A DNA stretch of 64,000 nt. Source: the human T2T-CHM13v2.0 reference genome, Homo sapiens. A program made the translations under genes and the position numbers. Below, in pieces: positions 1-63,013 of the stretch. The notes under the pieces were generated by a model. That model was not told the DNA's origin and did not search any database. It worked only from the letters and a program-made list of their open reading frames with translations. The DNA is taken from assembly GCF_009914755.1 (NCBI RefSeq), contig NC_060934.1, one strand, 5' to 3'. The first letter of the stretch is position 1. Each line of letters opens with the position of its first letter.

Positions 1-368
1 ATGGGAAATCAGAACACAAATTATTAAAACTGGCTTTTCAGCTAATGCTGATCCTAGAGGGACATTTATAGCCTTTAATACCTATATTACAAGAAAGTCT
101 AAATATCAGTATAGTAATTCTTCATCTTTAGAGGAGAGATAAAAATTGCAAATTAAACTCAAAGTAAAATGAAAGAAAAAATAAAACAGTTGAAATCAGT
201 AACAAAGAAAACAAGCATACAATATACAGACTCAAAAAGGCAAAAGATGGTTCTTTGAAAAGACCAGTAACTTAATGGCCTGAAAAGGAGACAGCGAGCG
301 AATATAAGAATATACAAATATCCAATATTAGGAATGAAAAGGAGGACATCATTACACAGCCTACAGAT
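1..368 (+). mobile_element. Old L1 (L1M) ORF2 fragment
   Basis: A-rich L1 ORF2-like text (tggttctttgaaaaga, aatattaggaatgaaaaggaggacatcattaca). Confidence 0.65.
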
Positions 369-369
369 G

Positions 370-500
370 TGTGCTGTCTAATATGGTAGCTGTCAGTTGA
401 AACTATTTAAAGTAAAATTTAAAGTATTTACAGGCCAACACAATTTAAAATCTAGTCTCTCAGTCATACTAGTCAAATTTCAATTGCTCAAGAGCCACAT
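370..500 (-). mobile_element. MER3/MER33-like hAT-Charlie MITE fragment
   Basis: gtgctgtctaatatggtagc...ctcagtcatactagtcaaatttcaattgctcaagagccacat resembles the MER3 reverse complement. Confidence 0.6.
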
Positions 501-502
501 AC

Positions 503-820
503 TGAGAAAGGAATAATACAAGGTGGTCCCTGAGAGGAATAATACAAGGTGATCGCGGGAGAATAGAAAATTTCAGGCAGCAGTTTCACACGACTAGCAA
601 AAGGAATCTATTGAAATAGCTGCAGCTAGGGACCGATAAGACCCTGAAAACCCAGGAGTAGATCAAGCTGGCTAAGACCAACTGGTTCCCACATGGCACT
701 GGATTTGACCTAGGTTTCACCTAGAACCTCATTATATGCTCATTAACATACAAAAATCACACACCTACCAGTATTATGACAGTTTCAGGAACATCCATAT
801 TTAGTGTAAAACTGGGTGAC
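503..820 (+). mobile_element. ERV1 LTR 5' part (MER66-like), truncated at an Alu
   Basis: tgagaggaataatacaaggtg...gagaatagaaaatttcaggcagcagtttcac...ctcattatatgctcattaacat. Confidence 0.55.
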
Positions 821-821
821 A

Positions 822-1140
822 GGCCGGGTGCCGTAGCTCACGTTTGTAATCCCAGCACTTTGGGAGGCCGAGGCGGGCAGATCACCTGAGGTCAGGAGTT
901 TGAGACCAGCCTGGCCAACATGGTGAAACCCTGTCTCTACTAAAAATACAAAAAATTAGCTGGGCATGGTGGCATGCACCTGTAATCCCAGCTACTCAGG
1001 AGGCTGAGGCAGGAGAATTGCTTGAACCCAGGAGGCAGAGGTTACAGTGAGCTGAGAAGATCGCGCCACTGCACTCCAGCCTGGGTGACAGAGCAAGATT
1101 CTGTCTCCAAAAAAAAAAAAACAAAAAAAAAAACAACAAC
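822..1140 (+). mobile_element. Alu (AluS)
   Basis: Full dimeric Alu with A-rich tail. Confidence 0.95.
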
Positions 1141-1160
1141 TGGAAACAATGAAAATATTC

Positions 1161-1454
<294 letters not shown>

Positions 1455-1736
1455 AAAAATATTCTTAAATAGAGAAATAATTACATGAACTGTAGTACAG
1501 GCATACAATGGAATATTCAGCAATAAAAAGAAATCTACTGATACACTCAAACATTTGGATGAATCTCAAGGGCATTATGCTAACTATAAAAGTTGATCTC
1601 AAGAGGTCACATACTGAATGATTCCATTTAGATCCTCAAAATGATATTAGATCATCAATGTCATTAGACCCTCAAAATGACAAAACTGTAGAGAATTGGT
1701 TGTCAGAGGTTAAGGAGGGTGAGTAGGGGATAGGTA

Positions 1737-2694
1737 TGTAAACCAAAACTAAAATTTGAAGCTCCCCAAACCAAATTTATGGACCTCCACTGAGGTCCAA
1801 GGGATCCCAAAGAAAACTTGAAAAACTAGGTCAGGCCATGATGGGAAGGGAAGTTAGATATGCCTCATTATACCCTCCTCCCTTTGGAGTTTAGGCACAA
1901 CTGACCAAAAATTAACATTAAAATGGAGATCATAAGACTGACAAAACAGATTCTTTGTAGCAATAGGATACCAAATTCCAACCTTTGGTATATTATCACA
2001 AGAAAGGAACAGGGCTTAAAGGAAATCAAAGTATTTTGTCCCCAAATACATTTATTTGACACTTTTTGTAGTGGCCCTACAAAGCCGTCTCTTGTGGGGA
2101 AAATTTGTATTCTGCAGAGAATCTCCTTCCCTTACTAGGTCTTTTCCAGATATCTCTTCTGGAGAATATGACACCTTTTCAGGTCTGATAAGACAGTTGC
2201 CCACACCACTGCACTCCAGCCTAGGTGACAGAATGAGACCATATCTCAAAAAAAAAAAAAAAAAAAAAGAGACATTTGCCATCTATTCTCTCTGAAGCCT
2301 GTTACTTAGAGGCTTCATCTGCATAACAAGAACCCTGGCTTCTACAACTCCCCTTATCTTAACTCAAGCATTTCTTTATATTGACTTCAATTCTCCAGAC
2401 AAAGCTTAATGCTTTCAATCAATTCCCAATCAGGAAATCTTTGACTTGGAAGCCCCTACTTCGAAATGTCCTGACATTCTGAGCTAAACCAATGTATACC
2501 TTATACGTATTGATTTATACCTTTGCCTGTAACTATTGTCTCCCTAAAATGTATAAAACCAAGTTGTAACTCAACCACCTCGGGCACCTGTTCTCAGGAC
2601 CTCCTGAGGCTGTGTCATGGGCCATGGTTGCTAACGTTTGGCTCAGAATAAACCTCTTTAAATATTTAACTGAACTTGGCTTTTTTCATCAACA
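1737..2694 (+). mobile_element. MER4-family ERV1 solo LTR
   Basis: TGTAAACCAAAA...AATAAACCTC...TCAACA termini; near-TSD ggta/ggtg. Confidence 0.8.
2201..2268 (+). mobile_element. Severely 5'-truncated Alu (3' ~46 nt plus poly-A) inside the MER4 LTR
   Basis: ccactgcactccagcctaggtgacag...tctcaA(n); flanked by agacagttgcc / agacatttgcc. Confidence 0.8.
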
Positions 2695-3523
2695 GGTGTG
2701 ATTATTAAGGAGAAGTATGAGTGACATTTTTGTGGCAATGAAATAGTTCTATACCTCGTTTGGAGAAGTGGTTAATAAATCTATAGGTGATGAAATGACA
2801 TACAACTATAAACAGCCAATGTACAAATGTCAATTTCCTGGTTTTGACATTGTACTACAGTTACAAAAGATGTAACCATTAGGAAAAACTGGGTGACAGG
2901 TACAGAGGAATTCTGTACTGTCTTGGAAACTTCCCATCAATCTATAATTTTATTTATTTTAAAATAAAAACTTGATAAAAAAATTCGTATTTTATAAGTC
3001 AAGCATGTAACTGACACCACACCTGACAAATAAGAAAAGAAAATCACAGGTGAATCTCTCTCATAAACATAAAAGCAAAAATCCTAAAAAGATAGCAAAT
3101 CAAATCAAATAACAAAGAATAATATTTCATAGGACCAAAGAAGGTTCATTCCAGAAAAATAAAGTGATTTAATGCCAGAAAATCAATTGGTATACTTTAT
3201 CTCATTAACAAAACAAAGGTGAAAAATCACACAATCATCTTAATAGATGCAAAAATAAATATTTGATAATACTTAACAATATTCATTTGTAATAAATAAA
3301 AATTTTTTAGCAAAACTAGAAAGAAAACTTCTCAACTTGATTTTTTAAAAACTTAGACTGATGTGGACAAAATCAGAAGAGTAAGAAACTCCAAATTCCA
3401 CCCCTCCATAAAAGCAACAACAACAAAAAGCCAAAACTATATAATCGACTTTTTCTGAACTCCAGAAATTAACAAAAGGCTTGCAGCATCATGAGTAAGA
3501 TACACTCAAGAAAACCAGGCTAG

Positions 3524-3845
<322 letters not shown>

Positions 3846-4677
3846 AATACAGACAGACAGAAAGACAGACATATGATTTTTGATCAGAACAGTAACTTTA
3901 CGGCACATTAATTTATTCTAGTCCTACCCACTGTTCCTGGGTGACCACAACCTGTGAACATCACAACCTGTATTACCAGTACTAGAAGGAACAGAATGAA
4001 CTAACTTGCAAAGAATGGAAATTATTTGTTCTGTCCTGTTTGGTACCTCCCTGGAAGACAGGTTTAAAAGGCTTGTATTTATTTTCCTTAACTTAAAACT
4101 AGCCTTATGCTAAGGCTGTTTCCCTGGGGGCATTTGTTAAAAAAATTTACAGAATATTGTCTTTGTATGATGCATGAAGTTATTAAAACAGTTGGTGCAA
4201 ACAATAGGCAAACCAAAAAGTTTGAGAGGAAAGGCTGAGGCATGAAATGTTGACATTCCTGGGAACCTAGAAGGCCATGTGCATGTTCAAGGCTGCGCAC
4301 ATACTCAGGAAAGTTCTGAGAAGGCGCTAAGCTCTCACCTGCTGCTGACATTAAGGCTATGTAGAAGCGGGGAAAAAAAAAAAAAAAAAAGGTTAAGGCA
4401 GAATTGTAAACCAATACAGAGCCCAAGGTAAAGATGGAAAGAATTTTTGCTTCCAGGCATTTATGAAAATCTCTTTCCAATTATTAGCTGATTACCCAGC
4501 TAATGTAACAGACTTCAGTGGCTACACATAACAAAAAATAGAGACTTCATAGAATTAGTTCAGAAAACTCACTAAAAACAAACAACTACAACAAGCCCAA
4601 TACTACAAATCCTTTAAAAAGTAGAGATCTGATTTTCATAATTGCTGATTTATAACATTTAAAATGTCTAATTTTCG

Positions 4678-4966
4678 TTATTATTATTATTATTTTTGAG
4701 ACAGAGTCTCACTCTGTCATCCAGGCTGGAGTGCAGTGGCGTGATCTCTTCTCACTGCAACCTCTGCCTCCCGGGTTCAGACGCTTCTTGTGGTTAAGCC
4801 TCCTGAGGAGCTGTCCACCACCACACCCAGCTAATTTTGTATTTTTAGTAGAGAGAGGGTTTCACCATGTTGGACAGGCTGGTCTGGAGCTCCTGGCCTC
4901 GAGTGATCCTCCTGCCTCAGCTTCCCAAAGTGCTGAGATTACAGGTGTGAATCACTGTGCCCAGCC
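4678..4966 (-). mobile_element. Alu (AluS) with (TTA)n tail
   Basis: Reverse Alu; TSD aaaatgtctaatttt / aaaatgtgcaatttt. Confidence 0.9.
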
Positions 4967-5061
4967 AAAATGTGCAATTTTCAACAATGAAAAATTACAG
5001 GCTATGCAAAGAAATGAGACAGTATGGCTGACATAAAGAAAAAAATAGAAACTGTGCCTGA

Positions 5062-5401
<340 letters not shown>

Positions 5402-5872
5402 AATCATCTATTTTAAATATGTTCAATGAGCTAAAGGAAGCCATGTCTAAAGAATTAAATGAAAGTATGGGAACAATGCACCACCAAATTCAGAATATCA
5501 ACAGATTAAGTTATTTAAAGGGCAAATAGAAATTCTGGAGTTGAAAAGTGTAATAACTGAGATAAAAAATTCTCTAGAGGGGCTCAACAGCAGATCTGAG
5601 CAGGAAATGAAAGAATCAGCAAACTTGAGGATATGTGCATTGAAATGATCTGGGCTGAGGAACAGAATAAAAAGGAATAAAGGAAAAATGAATAAATCTT
5701 CAGAAACATCATTAAGCATATCAATATATGAACAATGGAAGTGCCAGAAGGTGGTGGGGAGGAGTGGGAGAAAGAGGAGAGAGCAGGTAAGAAATATTTT
5801 GAGAAATAATGGTCTAAATCTTCCAAAATTTGAAGCTCAATGAACTCCAAGCAGGATAAATTCCAATGGACC

Positions 5873-6336
5873 TAAGGGAGGAGACCACCCCTCATATTGT
5901 CTTACACCCAATTTCTGCCTCCAAAGAAAGAAGAAGTAAAAACTAAAAGGCAGAAATGAAATCCACAGGCAGACAGCCCGGCGCCGTGCCCTGGGCCTGG
6001 TAGTTAAAGAACGACCCCTGACCTAACCGGTTATGTTATCTATAGATGCCAGACATTGTATGGAAAAGCACTGTGAAAATCTCTGTCCTGTTCTGTTCCG
6101 TTCTAATAACCGGTGCACGCATCCCCCAGTCACGTACCCCCTGCTTGCTCAATAGATCACGACCCTCTCACGTGGACCCCCTTAGAGTTGTAAGCCCTTA
6201 AAAGGGACAGGAATTACTCCCTTGGGGAGCTCGGATTTTGGAGACGTGAGCCCGCCAATGCTCCCAGCTAAATAAAGCCCTCTCCTTCTACAACTTGGTG
6301 TCTGAGGGGTTCTTGCCTGCGGCTCATCCTGCTACA
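5873..6336 (+). mobile_element. Solo LTR2 (HERV-E/Harlequin ERV1 LTR), complete, antisense to DNAJC1
   Basis: TAAGGGAGGAGACCACCCCTCATATTGTC...TCCTGCTACA, 464 bp; perfect 4-bp TSD GACC (5869-5872, 6337-6340); TTAAAA box at 6198, AATAAA at 6271. Confidence 0.9.
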
Positions 6337-7165
6337 GACCCATATTAAGAAACATCATAATCAAACCATCAAAGCTAAAGACAGGAGAATACTGAATGCC
6401 CCAAAGAAGTAACTCATGATTTTGAGAAATCTTCAATAAGATTAACAGCTGATTTCTAATCAGAAACGATGAAGGCCAGCAGGTAATAGCTTATGTAATC
6501 AAAAGTGGTGAAAAAAAATTCTACCAAGAATTAATATATGTGGAAAAAACTATCCTTCAAAATGAAGGATAAATCAAGATATTCTCAGTAAAATAAAAAG
6601 TGAGAGAGTTCACTGCTAGCACACCTGCCCTACAACAAATGCGAAAGGGAGTCCTTAGGGATGAAATAAAATAACACTGGACAGTAACTCAACTCCCTAT
6701 GGAAAAATAAATGCCAAGAAAGGTATAAACATAGGTAAGTGGAAAAGACACTATAAAGGCATTTTTGGCTTGTAATTCCTTTTCTTTTTAAAAACCTAAT
6801 TCAAAAGACAACTGCATAAAGCAGTAACTACAAATCTAGGTTGATGAGAACATAATATCTAAAGATTTAATCTGTGACAATAATAAATAATAAGAACAGG
6901 CATAAAGGGCAGTGGAACAGGGGCAAAGTTTTTGTACTTTTTAAAATTTGCATTAATTCTAAGTAGACAGCTATGAATTAAGATGTTAATTGTAATCCCT
7001 AGAGAAACCACAAAACTATGTTCACACAGACTTGTATTAGAATGTTCACAGCAGCTGTAACATAGCCAAAAGACCCAGAATGTAATCAAATGTCATTAGC
7101 TGATTAACAAATAAATAGTATGTGACATATTCATACAATATTATTCAGCCACAAAAAGAAATGAA

Positions 7166-7478
7166 GGCCAGGCAAAGCAGCTCACTCTTGTAATCCCAGC
7201 AATTTGGGAGGCCGAAGAGGGAGGATCACTTGAGGCCAGGAGTTCAAGCCCAGCCTGGGCAACATAGTGAGATGCCGTCCAAACAAAAAAAATAAATTAG
7301 CCAAGCTTGGTGGCACACGTGTGTAGTCCTAGCTACTCAAGAGGCTGAGGTGAGAGGACTGCTTGAGTCCAGGAGATTTAAGTTGCAGTGAGCTATGATC
7401 ATGATTATGCCACTGTGCTCCAGCAGCCTGGGCAACAGAGCAAACAGAGTAAGACCTGGTCTGTAAAAAAAAAAAAAA
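7166..7478 (+). mobile_element. Alu (AluJ)
   Basis: Diverged dimeric Alu with A tail. Confidence 0.9.
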
Positions 7479-7891
7479 AGAGAGAGATGAGGTACAAAGT
7501 ACTGCTATATGCTACACTACAAATAAGCCATGAGAACATTATGCCAAATTAAAGGAGCAAAATATAAAAGGCTACATATTGTATAATTTCAATTATATAA
7601 AGTGTCCAGAATAGACAAATCCAGAGACAGAAAGTTGGTTAGTGGTTGCCAGAAGAGGGGAGATCAGAGAATTGCTAACTGCTAATAGATATGGTTTTAT
7701 TTTATTTTCTGATGATATGAAAATGTTCTAGCATCAGAGAGTGGTAATGGTTGCACAAGCTAAACAGACTAAAAACCACTGAAGTGTCTGTGCATTTTTA
7801 AATGCTGAATTTTATGTTCTGTCAAGTACATTTCAACAAAAATGTTATAAAAAGCCTATAGCACACATCATATTTAATAGTAACATGATAA

Positions 7892-8487
<596 letters not shown>

Positions 8488-8675
8488 ACAAGTTAAATAA
8501 ACAATTTCAATGATGAAATAAAGATTTTCAGCAATGAAAGCTTTCTTTGAGATTGGGAATGAAACAAGGATACTTGTTATCATCACTTCTATTCTATATT
8601 GTATTGGAGATTCTAATCAACACAAATAAGAGAAAAATGTATAATATACAGAGAAACCATTAGAATTAAAAAATA

Positions 8676-8973
<298 letters not shown>

Positions 8974-9136
8974 TTAACAAGGTTGTTAGACAAAAATCAG
9001 TTTTAATTCTATATACTAAATATAATTAGAAAGTGAAATTTGAGACACAATGCCACTTACAATAATCATCTAAAAACAAAAAATAAATGTAAGAAAAAAT
9101 ATCCCATATGTACAAAAAGCTGCAACACATTATTGA

Positions 9137-9468
<332 letters not shown>

Positions 9469-10024
9469 TAATGGATCTATTTATGGGTTTTAGAGTCAAT
9501 ACAATTTGAATGTCAATTTCTCCACAACTGATCCATATATAATTGTTATCCCAATTAAATATCTCAGCTGAATAATTTGTGGAAAACAACAAGCTGCATT
9601 AAACATTTATATGAAAATGTAAAATGGCAATCTTAAAGAAGGAAAACAAAATTGGAAAATTACTGTACTAGATACCTATCATGAAGTTACAGTGATTAAG
9701 ACCGTGTGGTAGTAGCACAAGGATGAACAAGTAGATAAATGGAACTAAGCAGAACATGTGGAAACAGACCTACACAGTTATGGACACTTGGATTATGATT
9801 AAACTGACCTTTGTAGAGCTGTAGGAAGCAATTTTTAAAATAATTTGTAGCAGGCCAAGGGTTTGGAGAACTTTTGGAACAAAACATTAATCTTGATCAC
9901 TACTTAATGCCAAACAAACAAAACATTCCAGGATATTGTTAATTGAAATGTTTAAGTCAAATAATAAAGCTTCTAGAAGGATTTGAAAAATCTTTATAAT
10001 TTTGAGATAGAAAAATATTTGTTT

Positions 10025-10317
10025 GTTCAGGTGTGGCGGCTCATGCTTGTAATCCTAACACTTTGGGAGGCTGAGGCAGGAGGATCACTTAAGCCCAGGA
10101 GGTTGGACCAGACTTGGCAGCACAGGGAGACCCAAACTCTAGAAAACATTTAAAAATTAGCCGGGTGTGGTGGTGTATGCTTGTGGTTTCAGGTACTCAG
10201 GAGGTTGAGGTGTGAGGATCACTTGAGCCTGGGAAATTGAGGCTGCAGGGAGCCGTGATTGCATCACTGTCCTTCAGCCTGAGTGACAGAGTGAGACCTT
10301 GTCTCCAAAAACAAAAT
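10025..10317 (+). mobile_element. Alu (AluJ) followed by a short (TA)n
   Basis: Diverged dimeric Alu. Confidence 0.88.
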
Positions 10318-10790
10318 ACATATATATATACATATATATATATATTTGAACATAGAAAACACCAAATAAGGAAAAGGCAGACTGATTAATATAATTAGTA
10401 AGTTCTAGTCATCAAAAGACACCACTAAGAACAAAAAAAGGCCAAGCACAATGGGAGAAAATATGTGCAAAACACTCATTTCTGAAATACAGAAAGAACT
10501 CTTTATAATCCAGTCTTAAAAACAAAAAGGCAACACAATTAAAAAAGATTTGGAAAGGCACTTCACTTAGTAAGATATCAGTATCCAATAACCATAAGAA
10601 AAGGTGTTCAGTCTTATTCATCAAAGGATGCAAATTAGACCAAAATTAGGTATCACTGCATACTTACCAGAATGGATAAAATATAAAAGACTTGACCAAG
10701 CATTGGCAAAAATATAGAGTACCTGGAATATTCATATCCTGCTGCTAAAGTATAAATTGACACAAACTTTTGGAAAACAATTTAAAAGTA

Positions 10791-11796
10791 CAGCTGACCC
10801 TTGAACAATATGGAGGTTGGGGCGCCAACCCCTGGTCAGTTGAAAACCTAAGTATAACTTTTGACTGCCCAAAAACTTTACTACTAACAGCCTACTGTTG
10901 ACTGGAAGCTTTAATAATGCAGACAATAAGTTAACACATATTTTGCATGCTTATGTACTGCATTCTTACAATAAACTAGAGAAAACAAAATCTTAAGGAA
11001 AATACCTTTATAGTAATGTACTGTATTTATCAATACCCTAAGTTCACGTTGTTGTCTGTCTGAAATGGCAGCCAACAGCAGGTGCAGACCTCACTCTACT
11101 ATACTTATAAAGCAATTCAATTTTTTCTTGTAATGTCATGACTTTCCTCTGGTTCTCGAGAACACTCCTAGCATCACTAGTGGTACTTTCCATAGGCCCA
11201 ATGGTGTTATTCAAGGTTTACAGTATTTTACTAAACATGATAAAAAATACATGAGAACCCAGATAGATCACATTTTCTATGCTATGCAATTTACTGGAGA
11301 GACAAACTGCTCACACAGAGATGATTAGCATCATCGGGAGGTTTAAGCCAACACTTGCAACACATGAGCCTACTGCAACAGCAACGAGAGGTGTTTTAAA
11401 TTATTATAGTAGTATAGTAGGTACACTGTGTGCTACAGTTGATTTTACACAGTTATGATTTAGTACTGCATCTTTACATTTGTTTATATTTCCCTCATCT
11501 GCAAATGGTGCCATGTACAGTAAGTAGTTGTGTATGTTTTGATAAGTTTTAACTTTTTATGATAGGTTTGTATATATTTTATGGTAGTAAATGATAAAAT
11601 ACACTAGTATCTACATACATTTTATGCATGACATACCTAACTTTTTCTTAATTTTTTCAGTATTTCTAGGCTACATGGTTTGAGATTTGAACAATTACCC
11701 AAAATCTTCTAAAATTTTTCCAAAATATTTTTTGGAAAAAATCCACATATAAGTGGACCTATGCAGTTTAAACCCATATTTTTCAAGGATCAACTG
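10791..11796. mobile_element. Tigger2-family (Tigger2b-like) non-autonomous DNA transposon, both TIRs present
   Basis: Left TIR CAGCTGACCCTTGAACAATATGG; right TIR (rc) CAGTTGATCCTTGAAAAATATGG; TA target site on both sides. Confidence 0.85.
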
Positions 11797-12373
11797 TATT
11801 TACTGAAGTTGAGCTCTGACCCTGCAACTAACTCCAAAAATTGAAATTTACACATATACATACTAAAAGGCATGCACAAGACTGTTCACAGAAAAATTAT
11901 TCATTATAGCCCCAAACTGAAAACACCACATTTCTCCAACAAAAATAAATTGTGCTATATTTATAAAGTATTATACAGCAATGAAAATTACTGCTATATG
12001 CAATTATGAATAAATCTCACAAATACACTGAATAGAGGAAATCATACTCAAAGGACTACATAGGAAATGATGCTATTTATAAACTAACAAGCAGGTAAAA
12101 CTACTCCGAAGTCAGGAATGTCATCATCTTTGTGGAAGAGAAGGAAATAGTGGCAGAAAGCATGGTTTCTGCACAATGGCAATGTTCTAGTCATTGAACT
12201 TGGCAATGGTTAACTTGCATCACCTGTGATAGTTCACTGAGCTGCATATCTATACATGCATACCTCAGAGATATTCCAAGTTCAGGTCCAGGCTACCACA
12301 ATAAAGTTAATATTGTAATAAAATGAGCCACACAATTTTTTTTGTTTCCCAGTACATATAAAAGTTGTTTATA

Positions 12374-12733
<360 letters not shown>

Positions 12734-14870
12734 TTATGTCCAAAAAACAATGTACATAATTTAAAAATACTTTACCGCTAAAACGTATTAATAACCATCT
12801 GAGTCTTTCAACAAGTCATAATCTTTCTATTGGTAGAGGGTCTTGCATTCATGTTAGTGGCTGCTGACTCACTGGGGTGGTGGTTGGTAAAGGTTGGGGT
12901 GTCTGTGACAATTTCCTAAAATAAGACAACAATGAAGTTTGATGCATTAAGTCTTCCTTTCACAAAATATTTCTCTGTAGCATGTGATGCTGCTTGATAG
13001 CATTTTACCATCTCCAACCCTGCTAGTTCCTTTATCAGTGAAGCTTACAGAATATTCTCAATCCTTTGTTGTCATTTCAACAACTTTCACAGCATCTTCA
13101 CCAGGAATAGATTCCATCTCAAGAACCACTTTCTTTGTTCACCCATAAGAAACAACTCCTTATCTCTTCAAGTTTGACCATGGGATTGCAGCAATTCAGT
13201 CACATCTTCAGGCTCCACTTCTAATTCTAGTTCTCTTGCTATTCACACCATATCAGCAGTTATTTCCTCCAATGAAATCTTGAACCCAAAGTCATCCATG
13301 AGGATTAGAATAAACTTCTTCTAATCTCCTGTTAATGTCAATATTTTGACCTCTTCCCATCAATCATGAATGTTTGTAATGGCATCTAGAATAGTAAATC
13401 CTTCCCAGAAAGTTTTCAATTTACTTTGCCCAGATCCATCAGAGGAATCACTCTCTATGGCACCTACAGCCTTATAAAATATATGTCTTAAATAATAAAA
13501 CTTAAGTTGGAAGGGCTCCTTGATTCATGGGTTGCAGAATGGATGTTGTGGTATGGGCATATAGACAATGTTCATCTCCTTTCATATCTCCCTCAGAGCT
13601 CTTGGGTGACTAGGTACACTGTCAATCAGCAGTAATATTTTGAAAAAAATATTTTTTTACTGAGCAGTAAGTCTCCACATAGGGCTTCAGTAAACCATGC
13701 CGTAAACAGATGTGCTGTCATCCAGGCTTTATTGTTCCATTTATAGAGCACAGATAGAATGGATTTAGCATAATTCTTGAGTACCCTAGGATTTTCAGAA
13801 TGATAAATGAGCACTGGCTTCAACTTAAAGTTACCAGCTGCATTATTCCCTGACGAGAAAGTAAGCCTGTCTTTTGAAGCTTTGAAGCCAGGCATCAACT
13901 TCTTCCCCTCTCTAGCCATGAAAGTCCTAGATGTTATCTTTTTCCAGCAGAAGGCTGTTTCATTTACATTGAAAATCTACTGGTTGGTGTAGCCACCTTC
14001 ATCAATGATCTTGGCTAGATCCTCTGGATAACTTGCTGCAGCTTCTCCATAGCACTTGCTGCTGCACACTGTACTTTTATGTTATGGAGACAGCTGTTTT
14101 CCTTAAGCCTAATGAACCAACCTCTGCTAGCTTCCAACTTTTCTTCTGCAGCTTCCTCACTTCTCTTGGCCTTCTTAGAATGAAGAGAGAGAGGGCATTG
14201 CTCTGGATTAGGCTTTGGCTCAAGAGAATGTTGTGGCTGATTTGATCTTCTATCCAGACTACTCAAACTTTCTCCATATCAGCAATAAGGTTGTTTTGCT
14301 TGCTTACCTTTGATGTATTCACTGGAACAGCACTTTTAATTTCCTTCAAGAATGTGTCCTTTGCATTTTAAAATTTAGCTAACTGTTTGGTGCAAGAGGC
14401 CTAGCTTTTGGCCTATCTTGGCTTTCAACCATGCCTTCCGAACTAAGCTTAATCATTTTTATGTAAAGTGATACACATGCAACTCTTCCTTCTACTTGAA
14501 CACTTGGAAGCCATGGTAGGGTTATTAATTGACCTAATTTCAATACTGCTGTGCCTTAGGGAGTAGGGAGACCAGAGGAGACGGAAAGAGACTAGAGGAT
14601 GATTGATTAGTAGAGCAGCCAGAATATACATAATATTTACCAATTAAGTTTGCTGTCTTACATGTGTGCACTTCACGGTACCCCAAATAATTATAACAGT
14701 AACGTCAGAGGTCACTGATCACAGATGACCATACCAGATGTTATAGTAATGAAAAGTTTGAAATACCACAAGAATTACCAAAATGTTATATAGAGACACA
14801 AAGGAAGGAGATGCTTTTGGAAAAATGGTGCCCGTAAACTTGCTCAATTCAGGGCTGCCACAAACCCTCA

Positions 14871-14903
<33 letters not shown>

Positions 14904-14905
14904 CC

Positions 14906-15258
<353 letters not shown>

Positions 15259-15314
15259 TTATGTGCTTTTCTGTACATGTTTTACTCAAAACAAGTTTTA
15301 TAAAGCTTATTTAC

Positions 15315-62166
<46,852 letters not shown>

Positions 62167-63013
62167 CTGGAGGTGGTAGGGGGAGGGGAAAATACAAAGC
62201 AAACTTTGTCAGAAAAAGAAATTCCCAGAACCTTGTTAAGATCTGAGAAGACAGCCAACCAAGTGCAGGACCCCAGGCAATGTAATTTGAGCAATCAGTC
62301 TTAACAACCAGGCTATGCAACAAGCCTGACCCACATGACTGAACAATTATTCAATCTAATTTGGCTCTCCTCTTAACTTTTCATTACCATACAGTCATTT
62401 AAAGAAGACAGTATTTGGCGAAACTTTTCAAACACTTGCCTTCCTAAAATTAACCAATAAATCTTTTTCAGTAATTAAGAGATCAAAAAGAAACAAATTA
62501 AAAATTAATACATCGGTGTGCCTTCAAAGAAACTCTTTATTTACTGGCAAATGTTAAAGCCAATTTCTGAATCCCGGGCTAACCATATGGTTTCTCTATT
62601 ATTTATATTGAGTTTATCATCTCAGCAACAACCTATGGAATCTCACTTTCACATGTCAAAAAGCATGCCTATCTGAAGGGAGTTAAATTAGCATTTATCA
62701 AAAATTATTATCATTAGAAAGAGTTAAATATACTATACTTATTTACTTAGTACTTTAAAGGGTATTTTCAATGTTGGCCAGCCTCCTCAGTCTGGTTCAT
62801 ACAAATAAATTTGCCCAATATTTATGTATTACTTGTATAGTTTAAATATATTTAAAAGGTTACCGTGGTTCAGTACTTAGATTAAGTGGATATTAAAATT
62901 ACATTTTATATAATCCTGTGTGCACAGGTAAAATCAGACAACATCATTTTTACATGGCCAGTATAAAATGCATAATAATAACAAAGAATACACTGTCAAG
63001 TAGGGTTTAAAAC

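Larger units (their letters stand above)
1467..2980 (+). mobile_element. L1MC/MD-type 3' end, interrupted by a MER4 LTR
   Basis: catacaatggaatattcagcaataaaaag...ggatgaatctcaagggcattatgc...tgattccattt; resumes after 2694. Confidence 0.65.

Noticed and set aside
6243-6259. GACGTG and CCAAT in LTR2 as an ERSE/UPRE for this ER co-chaperone gene
   Set aside because: Spacing and orientation match neither CCAAT-N9-CCACG, ATTGG-N-CCACG nor TGACGTGG
13626-14643. TIGD1-like domesticated transposase gene
   Set aside because: Frameshift ~17 codons after the ATG, and the pieces lie in separate short ORFs; a decayed Tigger1 copy
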